A DNA stretch of 63,788 nt, filler included, from Hausera hauseri (lineage: Eukaryota): assembly GCA_046269625.1 (NCBI GenBank). It is 11 parts of 11 records of this genome, joined end to end, with 100 filler letters (N's around TTAATTAATTAA, not from the genome) between each part and the next. Parts side by side here need not be neighbours in the genome. Positions count along the whole stretch, not along the records: positions 1 to 6,483 come from JBJURY010095098.1; positions 6,584 to 11,664 come from JBJURY010341934.1; positions 11,765 to 17,765 come from JBJURY010155645.1; 8 more parts are not named here. One strand, 5' to 3'. The translations under genes and the position numbers were made by a program. This document shows, piece after piece, positions 1-12,429 of the stretch. How positions within the stretch are numbered: the stretch's first letter is position 1; each line of letters opens with the position of its first letter. The notes below the pieces were generated by a model, which searched no databases, was not told the DNA's origin, and worked only from the letters and a program-made list of their open reading frames with translations.

Positions 1-69
1 CTTGCTAGACTGCACCTTTTTAGTGAAAAGTAACGACACATTAGCGATTAGCACTAACAAATCAAATAA

Positions 70-1465
70 ATGATTGTAGATTGTTGTGAGACTAAAATTT
101 GGGATATAGAAAACCCTCAGTATTATAACGACATACTATTGAATGGAGAACTAATATTGATAAGCAGGTCTGACGATAGTTTAAATTTTATTCCAAACGG
201 TAAGGAGAATATTAATCTTCGCGAAACAAGCAATAAAGTATATAGACAAGATAAGACGTTGAGTAGACGCACTTTATCTGAAACAAACTTAACCAATACT
301 GAACCAATTGACCTAAACGCTGTTGAACAGCCTACCGAATTTAAAGTTCCTGATAAGAGAATTAGAACTCGTAATATAGTTAAGCAAAATCTAATAAACT
401 TTGGAAATATGGTCGAGAATCAAGCAGTAGCGCAGAAGTTGGACATTTTCACATTTGACTCTCTAAATTTGCCGGCGTAGGACGGAGACCCAGACAGACT
501 TAATAAATTTCTAAGGACATATAGGTTGCATGCAGAGAGTGCTGGACTAGCAGCTACCGTGATGATTAAACGTTTGTCGTTATATTTGAAAAATCTGGCC
601 CCTGATGCCTATAGTGAGCTCACAGACGGTGAAACAAAATCCTGGTCCTCCGTGGTAGGAGCATTGAATCGAAAATTGTTGGCGACTGTAACTCCGCAAC
701 AAAAACTCATGGCTTTTCAGAATATAGTACAGCAAAATGGTGAATCGATAAACCAGTTTGCTTTTGCCTTAAAGAAATTGGCAGGCAGTTATATAAGTAC
801 TTTAAGAATACATAATATAGCTAAGGCCAAAAGCGAAGCAGAACGCGAAGCCGAAAAAAAGGCAAGTCCTCCAGATTTAGACGTCATGATGATGACGCAG
901 TTAATAAATGGTATTTGGTCTAAGGATATAGTAAAACAATTAATTCTGGCACGTCCAGAGAACTTCAGCCGAGCATTACAATTGGCCCAGGACTTAGAAA
1001 TGGCATTGGATAGATATGCCAGAAACAGCGACAGAAATGATAGAGACAATGATCGAAGCGACCAAAGCGATAGAAACCGCAGTGATAGGAATGATAGATG
1101 ATTTAGCAGGAATTATGGGAATCAGAACAAGAACGGTAATTATGATCGCAGAAACAATTGGTATAGTAATCCGAATTTTGATAGCAGTTGAAATAGTTCT
1201 TCCTGTAAAGCAAACTACCATACGGATAGGCGTCTCGAAGGCTCTAAAAATTTTAATTATTGGAATCATCTGAATGACGGCCGAAATTATGATAATCGCC
1301 AATATGGAGACCCTAGGCAAGCTCCGCCGAATCAAAGTTACAACAGAAATCTGAGTAGATCGAAATCCCCGTTAAATGAAGATGGCTGACAAAGGATCGG
1401 TAGAAATGGCAACTTAATTTGTTATACATGCGGACAAAAAGGACAAATAGATAGGTCCTGTCCAA
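70..1465 (+). pseudogene. gag: Ty3/Gypsy-type gag (capsid, RN/D-rich linker, CCHC knuckle) broken by in-frame stops
   Basis: ORFs 70..480 and 526..1101 share one frame across the TAG at 478 (LNLPA*DGDPDRLNKFL ... SWSSVVGAL ... FQNIVQQNGESINQF), which is Retrotrans_gag-like. The same frame reaches CYTCGQKGQIDRSC at 1420-1461. Confidence 0.8.
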
Positions 1466-4340
1466 ATCCGCAAAGTGTCTCGTTTGTGGAACCTAGCAAA
1501 ACTAATGTTATTAAAAACGAAAACTTATAAACAATTTACGGTGTCCGTAGAGACACGGGTATGATCATTCAGATACAAGATTTACCGCGCTTTTGAAAAG
1601 CCCAACCTGATATTAAAGACCCTAAAGTTTTAGTAGCCAGGAACGAGTATGAGCACAAATTACGATTATTGGAAGTTTACCATGGCCTACATGAACCAGA
1701 GACGGAATATAAATATTCCATTGACCCGCCAAGGCTTATTGATATGGCACGGAAAAAGAACATTCCTGCGACAAACAAAGCGTTATTAGAAGCAGGAAAA
1801 GCTGAGACTCCGGATGAGGTAGATTTAGATATAGAACCCGAATATACGATGGAAAGGTAACCAAGAAAGTGGAGACTGACGAAGAAAAAGAATTTTTTGA
1901 ACGACTAAAACTTAAAATTACAAAGAATAGAGGCCGTAGCCCATCAATGAGACGGAAACGCAAGGATCGTTCGAGATTCCCAATGATTAAGGAGAAGTCG
2001 GACACAAAGAGAGAAACTGAAATCGCGTTGGAGAGCAACACTGATTTTGTTTTGAACACTCCGGAAATTAATGAAATGGATAAGCTAACGGAATCCGTAA
2101 ATTAAATAAATGATATATGTCCTTTTCTTACTAGCGAACAGGAAACAGAACAAGAGGAGAAACTCGATCCTAAAAAGTGGAAGGTCAGACGCTCCTAAAA
2201 AAATGCTGATGAATTAAAAAGAATGAGGTCAAATTGTCTCAACCCGGAGGTAGTACAACAGAATCTAGAGAAACTTAAAGCAATAAGTGAGCAAGTGGAT
2301 ATTTCGGGCAAGGAACAGCAATTTGTAGAGAGATTATATAAAAAGATGAAACTATATAGTGAAGTGAAGCTAAGCGAAGCTATAAACTTAGATTAGCCTG
2401 AAGAAGTGGAAAAAGAAACACTAGTTCAGTGGAAACGCGAATTAGGAGTCTGGACGAAAAGAGAGATGAAATTCCAGGAAGCGTGGGATAAAACTACCAA
2501 AGACATTGAAGCTAGAGTCAACCAAGCTCAGTCTCTATTAAAAAGATTAAAAACCAATCCGAAATTAAAAAGAGCAGAACGTAATTTAGAGCGTGTCATA
2601 AATGAAATTATATTTATAATAGTCGAACGACTCGAGTGAAAACCGATTAAGGAACGAAATGCAATTGATCTAGAGATGTTGGGCATAGACTCAATAGATA
2701 TTTCACCCTTAATAGAGATGAAAAAAGTCGCTTCTACGGCATCAAAACAATGCACACGTCTGGAAAATCATATTGAAACTGAGGCCGAAAAAAGGTCGCA
2801 AATATATGATCTGAGGAATAGAATTATGCATCCGAATAATGTTGAAACACAGAAAATAATTATGGCTTGTATCCTCGAATTCGACGAATATAAAGATGAT
2901 TTCGACTGCCCCCGTCGGGTCATTGATTTTATTAAAGGTCCAGATGATGAGCTAAAAGACGCTAACAAAATGTTAGACAAAGCGATATTGACAAAGCCAG
3001 AAAAGGCTAATCAGTTGAACGAATGGTCCAAAGTAATAAGGAGGTTGAGTAAATTAATAAACAATCGAAAAAAAGAATTCCCGGGGAGCGAACCTACAGT
3101 AAAGAAGCGATTAGAATAAGACGCCCGAAATCTAGATAATATGAAGGCAGAAACTGACATCCGAATCCAATTCGAGGCATTACGTCAATTGGACTTTATG
3201 GACAAGAAACAAGAAATGACGATACTAGGTGACATATATAAGATGATCGGAGAAACAAACTTCACTCAGAAATGAAATGCGACTTGCGATTTCTATTCGC
3301 GATTGAGAGACGTCCGCCTAAAAGGAATACGGTATTTGACAGCCAAGCCTATCGGGGAAATCATGATCCGAAATCTTAAAACCTTGGACATTTGTTCCGA
3401 ATATTAGTCAATTGCTGAAGAAGCGGTGAAGTTCTTACACCAGCCACAAGAATGGATGGACGGAACGAATCAAAGGCATCATACCGAACTGATTAAAATC
3501 AAGAATGACCATCACCTTAGCTTCGAAGAGATCAAGTTTGTAAAAAAATTATTAGATGCGATAGATCCAGATTCAAAAAGTATTAACGATATGTATGAAT
3601 TAGCCCCATTGATGGCAAAAATGGCAGAAATTAGTGACGAGAAACTAAGACAATTGTTGCAGCAGATACAGCAAGTCGAAGAAACTTGATGAAGATAAAA
3701 CAGAGAGCCATAAGGTTAGACGAATTAACTAAATAACTCGAGGTTTATAAAAACAAATATGCCTTTACAGAGGCAGAAAAGGCTGACAAATTACAGTTCG
3801 TTGAAATGTGGCAAAGACATGTCACGTCTGAAGTAACAAACTATCAAGAAAGAGGAATAATTTAACCTGAAAAATTATGTTTGTTGTTAACACTGCTACA
3901 CCAAACGTCTGCTAATGGACGTTGTTTCTGAACGACGAAAATGGTCCAATTGCAACAGAAGCTACAGGAACTTAGAAAAACCATAGAGATTGCAGGTGTG
4001 AGTGAACCAACTAATACACCGTCGAGCGGCTATCAACTGCCAGACGAAGAAAATGAACCAGATTGGAAGGCATATTTAGACGCAATGATTGCTGAGAATC
4101 CGAAAACGCCCATACGAATAGGTGAAATGGAGGTATGTTTTACGCATCAAAGGTTCAACGTAGGAATGATTCTAGACCCAGCACAAACCGAGAAAGATTT
4201 AATTCAGTTGATCGAAGTAAATCTCACTGAAATTCAATTAAGACAGTTAATCCCCACTCTAACTAAATTAGCTAGCAAAGGTACGATTTTCAGTACGGTA
4301 CCTGAGCTTTTACTAAAAGAATATGCTAAAATTTTAAAGG
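1466..4340 (+). pseudogene. Decayed long K/E-rich helical ORF of unknown function inside the gag-glycoprotein element
   Basis: Chain of + strand ORF pieces (1669, 1869, 2406, 2676, 3426, 3941) with coiled-coil-like composition. No RT, RNase H or integrase motifs seen. Confidence 0.45.
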
Positions 4341-4349
4341 CAAAGGCAG

Positions 4350-5808
4350 AGGAGACAATCCAAGTAAAGGTACCATCGGACTGGATGGATTGCAACTTTA
4401 TTAGTATTAAGGAGCTTAAATTTAATGAGACGACGGTAAAACGGTACACAAATGGCACAGAAACTAATTCTAAATCACGAGATGTAGCTGAACAATCCAC
4501 ACCTACGATACTGATCTCTGATACTCACGGACTAAAGTTTGTGAAGAACGATGTACTCACTAGATGTGACGTTATAATGTACGCCACCAACTATGAAGCA
4601 TTTTTCGTCGCGGAGACGGAAATAAACGCCAGAACGTTCAAGCTCGAAACTCAGGACATCCGGATTAAAGATTACTTGAAAAATCGTGACGACTATTTCT
4701 ACTATAAGGGACAAGCAGGAATAGCCCAGCTGTACTATAAAATGATAACAAACGACTGCAAGTTGGATTTGGAAATCATAAGAACTAAGCTGGCCCTAAT
4801 ATATGCCAATATCGAGTTGGCATCACCAATAATTCCAATGAAGGAGGGTGTTTTTGGACGAGTAACCGCAGAGGTCTTATTGATCTATGAATGTGAAAAG
4901 AAGGACGTACCTATTAATGTGGAACAAAAGAAGTGTATACAGGAGCTTCCAGTAATATGTTAAGACGTACCGTGATTGGTAACACCAATTATCACAGTAC
5001 TATTGGCTAATTCTATTCAACCGACAATCTTAATAGATTGTAAAACCAGTCTATGCGAGCCGACGTTCAGACGAAGCGAAACCGACTGTGTAAGTTTACC
5101 GAACGGCGGTATTATCACACCGCCTACCAAGTTGACAGAGACAATTATAATAAAAGGAATAACCGATGATAAATTTTAAGATACAGCCGCAAAAGGTATT
5201 TACTGACCAAAAGAAGTAAAGGCGTTCAGACAATTTCTTGCCTTCCCTCGTCAGCGTGCGCACAAACAATGCATAGAATATTGGAGGATTCGCGCTACCA
5301 AACGAAATGGGAGTCATTACTCGGTGTTGGTTATTATAAAAAGATAACTACGGAAATATTATATAAAATCTGGGGAAGATTCCTGATATTCGGACAGGCC
5401 GCGTCAGGATTTCTAGCGATATACTTCTTAATTCAACTGGTAAAGGCTATAATTCAGTCAATCATAAATGAATACGAGATATTCACTCTGATCGAATTTT
5501 CGTGCAAAATTTTGACGGCTATTATTACGCCCTTCAGCAAATTCTTAAAAGCTTATGAAGAAAAGAGATGGAAAACCGATGTGGAGCGACATCTTAGCTA
5601 CCATAATCAAAAACGTAAGAGATACATATTCGATTACAGGGAAAAATTTATAGACAGTAAGACACAAAGAAATAATTCTGACAATGACGAGCCTAAGGGA
5701 AGAAACGTCATCTCCAGGTCGAACCGGCACAAAAATTACTCTGTTATGAGACTACCATTACCAATATTACCGCCAACGGGACCTGTATATGAAGATTTCC
5801 AAAAATAA
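4350..5808 (+). pseudogene. env: Chuvirus-like (class III) envelope glycoprotein, C-terminal half with TM region
   Basis: Motifs CDVIMYATNY, QLYYKMITNDCKL, GVFGRVTAEVLLIYEC, CIQELPV, AAKGIY*PKEVKAFRQFLAFP and IWGRFLIFGQAASGFLAIYFLIQLVKAII follow the motif order of chuvirus-type G proteins. Stops and frameshifts present. Confidence 0.75.
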
Positions 5809-6148
5809 TCGATCACCTCATGCCAGAGAATTGTCTATCGGAAGCCGTTTAGTTTAGAGGATCCTTATGAATGAACAAAACGCTACGGAATATTGCGTAA
5901 GATCCACTAAACGGGAAAAACGCCTGCCCACATTGTCGATCAGCAGTCGCCGATCACGGTATAATTTACTCATTTAGAATACCTAGACCAAATGAAAGGC
6001 AGTCAACATTTACCAGAAGCCGTGAGACGCACAATCTCCAGAACCCAAACATTCAGACGCCAGTTAGAAACGAAGGAATAGAAAACACGAATGGTGCGTG
6101 TTATGAGATCAAGTTTCTACCATTCCGACCTCAACGTCATTCGATGAT

Positions 6149-6483
6149 TGTAAGATTGAATTCTGCATAAGAAATTTTTCATAAAAGTTTTGTACAACAA
6201 TTATTTCCTTCACTCATTAAATGATTCTTCTTTTCATCCTTTTTTGAATTTCCTGACTTTATATTAGCTGTTTATTGATTTAACTTTGAATTGAATTTAA
6301 ACGTTAATATTCGCTTAAATTCCTCCTCACATCCCCCTCCTTTAAAAATTTCTGTAGCTTTTCCACATTTCTTTCCAAAATTCTGCCGTTCGCGTGTTTC
6401 AGTACATATCGTCTGTCGTGTTTTCTTTCAATGACTTCGTATGGCCCTTCATATTTGTCTTTATCCTTTGCTCCTGATTCTCT
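6149..6483 (-). mobile_element. 3' end of a second Gypsy element: GPY/F integrase tail, PPT and ~183-bp LTR
   Basis: Minus strand reads KYEGPYEVIERKHDRRYVLK...RNVEKLQKF, then PPT AAAGGAGGGGGA (6332-6343), then TGTGAGG (6331) ... ATCTTACA (6149). Confidence 0.7.
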
Positions 6484-6583
6484 NNNNNNNNNNNNNNNNN
6501 NNNNNNNNNNNNNNNNNNNNNNNNNNNTTAATTAATTAANNNNNNNNNNNNNNNNNNNNNNNNNNNNNNNNNNNNNNNNNNNN
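6484..6583. other. Artificial contig-joining spacer (N-run, TTAATTAATTAA, N-run)
   Basis: The same 100-nt spacer recurs at about 11665, 17766, 23297, 31201, 36987, 42257, 47246, 54582 and 58917. Its core gives stops in all six frames. Confidence 0.95.
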
Positions 6584-8514
6584 CATCTAAATACGGCTCC
6601 ATAAACTTTAATTTTTCCACACATCGCTGTGCGACTAATTCGGATGCTAAACCATTTTCTACTATGTTAAATGGTGTATGTAGCTCATTCCACAGCATTT
6701 TAATTTGTTCGTTCATCATCTATTGAAAAAAACAATAAAAAATAACTAAACAGAAACCTCAATTTCTTCAATTGCATGTTTTAAATCAATCGCAGACATT
6801 TTCTCCACAGAACAAATAATGTCTTTTTTCTTTTACTTTCCTTTATATATACCACTCAATGACCTTGTAAATGATTTTTGCAATTATTTAAAACAGGAAT
6901 AAAATGTACTCACGCCTTTATATACACAAATGCCAAACACAACGCATCATGCACCTTGCTCAGTACTCCAACCTTCTTACCAAACCTTCTTGCATATATG
7001 GTTCCTCGCTGGTCCATACTGTCCAATCACGTTAATTCTGATGTCTTTCGATTCGTCTCAGCGAGATGAATCGAACGACACCCAAATCGACTACTGCCAC
7101 TGAGCTATAGGTCATTTTCCGACCTCCTAAACCCGTTGTTTCTTTGTCGTCCGCTCATAACTCCGCTGATACAGTCCACCAGCGTCCATTCGGGTATCAT
7201 TCGACGCAGCACAATGTGACGTGTCAAACGATACATGAACGGTCACAATCGGTCTGTTGTCGGCTGAGCTGTTTTACATTATTGGAAATTTGGCAGAAAA
7301 ACCTCAACTGTTACAGAACCGGCATACCCTTTGTCGGGCCGACAGAAGAGTTGTCCGAACATGTTATATATCCTTCGAATCGCGCTGCCATAACTAGACC
7401 AATTGTGCAGAGAAACCGACAATACGGGTTTTCGTTCCGACTCAATCCCCAGAAAACCTCAAAGATGCTCAAGTGCTCACTGCTCAAACTTGGTGAGTCG
7501 GAGAACCGTGATTATTGCACCGTTCGATTTGTCTCCATATAATCGTTCCAGTGCTATGCGGATCAATTCATTATCCACTACCGTTCCACAGTTATAGCTC
7601 TTGTGCGGCGGATTCGGGCGCCAACACAGTCCAACAACCCGGAGGAACAATGGACATAAACAAACGGAAAGTTATGTTCACGAAAGATATTGTATATCAG
7701 TTAAATGTTTTCTGATGACGTTACAAACAATTAAATAATAACACCAGTTGTTCAATAAATCCTAAAGACCGAATTAAATCATTGACCTCCAACCAATCCC
7801 ATTGATGTTGTAGTCCGAAATATCGTTGTGAAATTGCAAACAGACTTCAACGAAATGAAATTTAATTTTCGTTTACAGGAATTCCTCCAAGATATTTTAC
7901 CAATATAAAGACAACGTCAATGTTTGTTGTTCAAGGGTCAGTTTGTCCAATAATGAAATACAAAACCAATAACCGTTTAGTTATCATTGTTTGCGAATCA
8001 TAAAGTCCAGATAACGCAACTGGAGATTTAAATGTGACAGCTTTTCTCATTTGTTCCCACTTGTATAAACGATTAATAAAAGTTTCTATACCTCTATCAG
8101 ATGTCAGTATTCCCAATGACCTAATGATACTTTTCATCACGTATCTTCTACAAGGAAACAGCAGTGTCCAATAAACCGATCTATTAATTTGCATTTTGCG
8201 TAAATGTGTGTGTGACAAGAAACAAAATGTTATAGAAAATTGATTAGAGTTACGGAATTAAGGTTTTTGTAAATTTGAATTTGAAAATAATAAATATTTA
8301 TTCATTCTTGTGTAAATTGTTTAAGATTTTCGATCACTAAAAAGGATTTTCACATAAGACAACAAAACCTACAGGAAAATATTATTATCATTGTTATCAA
8401 CCTTCTGTGGGTTTTTAATAACTATATCGTAACTTATCGTTGTGATCAACCTTCTGTGGATTTTACTAGCCACATAGTAACTGCAACGTATTTGGAATTT
8501 TATATCACCGTTAT

Positions 8515-9387
8515 ATGTATAAAATAACAATGGTGTTAGTGGAAAATATGGCAGACTTCAGCAATTCTTATAAAAATGCTCCTCTGAAAAAACAGACTGT
8601 AACAACGTGTTTGGCAACTATGAAAAAGTCTCATTCTGAGGAAGATGCTATTAGATGTTTGGTTGTTGGAACAGAAGCTTGTCAACTGCTCATTTTTGAT
8701 CCGAAAGCATTCACAATTCTTTTTGCTGTTACTCTGGAATCTGTTCCTGTTTTTCTGTCTTCAATTGGTTTATACGAAGTTGTATTTTGGCTGTATATAG
8801 TTTGTCGCAATGGTTGTATTTATATTGCGAAAAGAGGCGATCAAAATGCACGAAATATTGTTCAGATAAATACTCAAATCATTAGTATGTTACGAATTAA
8901 TAAAAGCTTGATAGTTGGATGTATGGCTGATACGTTACGGTGTTATAGTCCAAAGGGCCGAGAAGCCTGGCGGAAACAATTACCATCATCACTTATCAGC
9001 ATGACGTCATTTGAAAGCGGCCAACATAAAATATCAGGAGTTATTGTTTCTCTCAGCAATAGCACCATTCAAATTTACAAAGATCGAGACCTCATTGAGA
9101 CATTCACCGTTCCAGATGCTGTTACTGGAATACTCTTTGATCAGTTTGGACGAGAACAATCTTGTTTGCTGATGGTCACAAGATCTGGTTCTCCGATCAT
9201 TAAACTTTTGAGACGTACCGCCGATCTGAGTACTTCAAATGCTTACAAAGGTCCACCACAAGCTCAGTTTGAAAAACTGAACATACCAAAGAAGACAAAA
9301 CTGTTTATTGATCAAGCGTTTAGAGAAAGAGAAAATTCCGTGCTCATCCACAAAAAATTTATGCAGGATTTGCATCAGCTAAGTTGA
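8515..9387 (+). pseudogene. BBS1: BBSome subunit BBS1, intronless internal fragment lacking both termini
   Basis: KKQTVTTCLATMKKSHSEEDAIRCLVVGTE, DPKAFTIL, CRNG, FGREQSCLLMVTRSG and GPPQAQFEKLNIPKKTKLFIDQAFRERE match BBS1. It stops at FMQDLHQL, where the opposite-strand PolB begins. Confidence 0.9.
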
Positions 9388-11664
9388 GTGGCTCTGGGCG
9401 ATCTTCAGCCAACGCTTTCGCTCGAAACGCTTGGAACACATCGATTAACAGGTACACATCAAGTTTAAGATAATGAAGCATGTACTCCAACAAGTTTCTA
9501 CAGCCGAGCTCTGCCCAAAACGATTGTGCTTTGTGATACTCTTCTTCTGTGATACCGGGCCATTGTGGTGGTAATTCGTCTGTCGTCTGGAGCCGCTCGT
9601 ACGATATCGCAGTCATACGAGAATATGCCTTTGCTACGTGCAATGTGTGGGGAACTGAGTCAATATTAGCGGTGCATCTGTCAAGGCATTCACCAGTTTT
9701 GCCAGAGATTCATTGAGAAATTATAAATGAATCGAGGAAGCATACCTGGAACCGGTTTATACGAGCCGACAGTTACAGGTATTTCTCCATCGTAGTCAGA
9801 ATTATGGATAGTTTCCAGTGCGGAAATCCGTTTATTATCTATTTCAAAATATGGTGACAATCATAATCCCGCAAGTTATGAAAATTCACCGGCAGGAATG
9901 GCCGCACACGCCTTGACAAATTGCATGAATTGCATGCTGCTCCCAAATATCGACCGGTAAAATGATCGTGATCCGGTACGAGCCGTTCAAGTGCATTGAA
10001 CGATAATATTTTGTAGCACAGGTAACATTCATCGGTGGCTGCAAACATCAATGGTTCATATTCATCTGTCTACACAAAGGGTTTATTGCTATTTCTACTG
10101 TACCAGGGTGCGACTTCCGTTTCCATTATTGTTTCCAACTGATACAGGAAATCGCGTACGCAGTTCCAGCCATGAAAAACGTAATATTGCGGTTGACCTA
10201 CAGCTTTTATTGAGACAACCAGCATGTCGACGGTAATTTGAATGTTTTTGATCCTATACGTTGTGCTGTGGTTAGATTGCCTCAATATCATCAAATACAA
10301 CGTATGCCGGACTATCAGTTTTCGACCAGTTGTTTTTCCTTTTTACTGGCATAACACATTGTTAATTCTGTTGCATTTTGTCTGCATAACGTCACATGCT
10401 TTTCCCATGTCGTATGCGATCTGAAGCCATGCATACACAGCACACCATTTGCATCGTATTTGTTTTTTGATAAACTGATCACGATCCATATTCAGCAATC
10501 TATCCAAATTTGTCAAAGCCAAGTAATGATACTTTTCCGCCCGTTCCAACAGTAACACATTTATTGGGCGTCCGTTTGGATTTCGAGTTCTATAGATTAT
10601 ATCCACATGCGGATTCTTACAGATTTCTTCATCTACCGCTATTTCAACCACTGAGTTGTACCGGAAAACGTTGATTGACAGCGTCGGATTACGCTGTTCA
10701 AATGTCGGAATGGTTTATAGTTTCATCAGTATCCAGCTTTCATCGAAATCCAATTCGGAAAAATACTGCAGATACTGATTTGGACGATTCGCATGTTTTC
10801 TGTCCACTTTGTCATATTTTAATACGGCCAGAATATTGTAAAGAAAACAGTATTCATCGTTCTTGTTTTGCATATTCACCACCGTTAGAGACTGCTTCAA
10901 AGCTGCAGGTGTCGGTATGAATGATCGACCGGACAGGTAAATTATATCACTCGACTTTGTTATGATAAAGTCGAGAGTGACATTTTTTAAAAATAATCCA
11001 TCCACTACCCTTTTCGATGTAGTTGGCAATTTTTTCGTCGAGCTTTTCGTCTATATCGGCAATAAAATCGTCGGAATACGGTTCGGCTCGATGTGACAGG
11101 TACTATTGTTTCCTGTCACCCTGCAGATTTTCAAATTCTGCAAGTGCATAATATTGCACTTTGCAGTGGTGCTGGTGGAATTTTCTCACTTCTGATTCCA
11201 ACGGGCTGCGCACACTAAAAGGAACATGCCTCAGCTGTAGTGTTGATTTCCCCGACATGTTTACTTTCATGTCCACGTATGATTTGTTTAGATCGTACTT
11301 GACAGTAGTGAAAGATTCCTCCTGCTGCTGCTACTCTTCGGTACTATTTTGGATGCACTCGTCAAGACTTGTGGATGCTTGACGTTTCCTGCTTGTTAGG
11401 GGATACTGGTTTTTCTTGTCGACATCACTATTTCCTTTTTTGACTGCTGAAACTGGTTCAAGTGGTCCTTGTAAGTGTTGTACAGTTGTTCATAATTGAT
11501 TTCCATCAACTACAGAACAACCGGGACAAACGTAGGACCATTTACCGTGCACCGTTGTGGTGCCATAGTATTGCTCCATTACACTATGACAACCATCAAC
11601 GTCATGTACCCTACTACTACTACAGTATCGCGGGTATGTGGGGCAATGCACAATCGTCATCTTT
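9385..11664 (-). mobile_element. Polinton/Maverick (adintovirus) protein-primed PolB, decayed N-terminal and exonuclease part with endonuclease-VII-like insert, plus upstream sequence
   Basis: SFIPTPAALKQSLTVVNMQNKNDEYCFLYNILA; HYLALTNLDRLL; CYLC...DHDHFTGRYLGAACNSCNL...PVNFHNLRDYDCH; YMLHYLKLDVYLLIDVFQAFR. Confidence 0.85.
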
Positions 11665-12429
11665 NNNNNNNNNNNNNNNNNNNNNNNNNNNNNNNNNNNN
11701 NNNNNNNNTTAATTAATTAANNNNNNNNNNNNNNNNNNNNNNNNNNNNNNNNNNNNNNNNNNNNAAACTGCAAAGGAAATGGGTAAAGAATTATATTCTT
11801 ATAATATATAAAAAAAATATAATATAGACATTGTCAGTGGACCTGAATAAAACCAGTAGCAGCACAATATGTAAAGTTCGGTGAAATTTGGAAATCAGCC
11901 AGGATTCTGATGATGACTTTATACTGGAAGACAAGTTTAGTTCTGACATTAAGCTGGTCTAATATAAATCCGGTAATTAACAAAATGTGAGACGATAAAG
12001 AAAATCCAAAGATAATCTTGTATTCAAAAACAAACTTTTAAATCATTAATTTTGAATCAATAATACATACATTTAAATGTATCTGCAAATATTTGCACAG
12101 TTTTGTTCTGTCACACATGTTTCGACCAGAAAAGCGTCCAAGGAATGTTGTGAACGTGTGAGACGATGTAACTGACTCGATTACTTCTTGTTTAACGCTA
12201 GTAGGTTGTTCTGTTATAAAATTGGTAGGTCTATTCACTGACAATTATAGTTTCATTCCAATATCATCATTGGCATCATCATCTCTCAAGTCGACTCTCT
12301 GCGTAGCTTTGACATCTTTTAAATAATCATCATTCATTTGGTTGTAAAAAAAGAAGGCTTTGCCATTGGCTTGATAGTAATATACCCTTCCTGCTCGTCC
12401 TTTCCGGTCTCTGTAAATCTGAAATTTCC

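Noticed and set aside
789-1335. Antisense and alternate-frame hydrophobic ORFs over gag
   Set aside because: They are shadows of the repetitive RN/D-rich coding strand.
1535-1570. RRDTG as a retropepsin active site
   Set aside because: It lacks the hydrophobic residues before D and the downstream ILG.D motif.
6484-6583. Recurrent TTAATTAATTAA palindrome as a biological repeat or CRISPR-like unit
   Set aside because: It is always centred in N-runs of fixed total length, so it is an assembly linker. ORFs containing X runs are artefacts.
7612-7623. tRNA-Lys PBS (TGGCGCCCGAA on the minus strand)
   Set aside because: Only 11 nt match, and there is no recognisable LTR or gag next to it.
11905-11940. 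CTGATGA hammerhead cores at about 7712, 11908, 27104 and 53830
   Set aside because: None has a stem II followed by GAAA; some lie within coding-like sequence.
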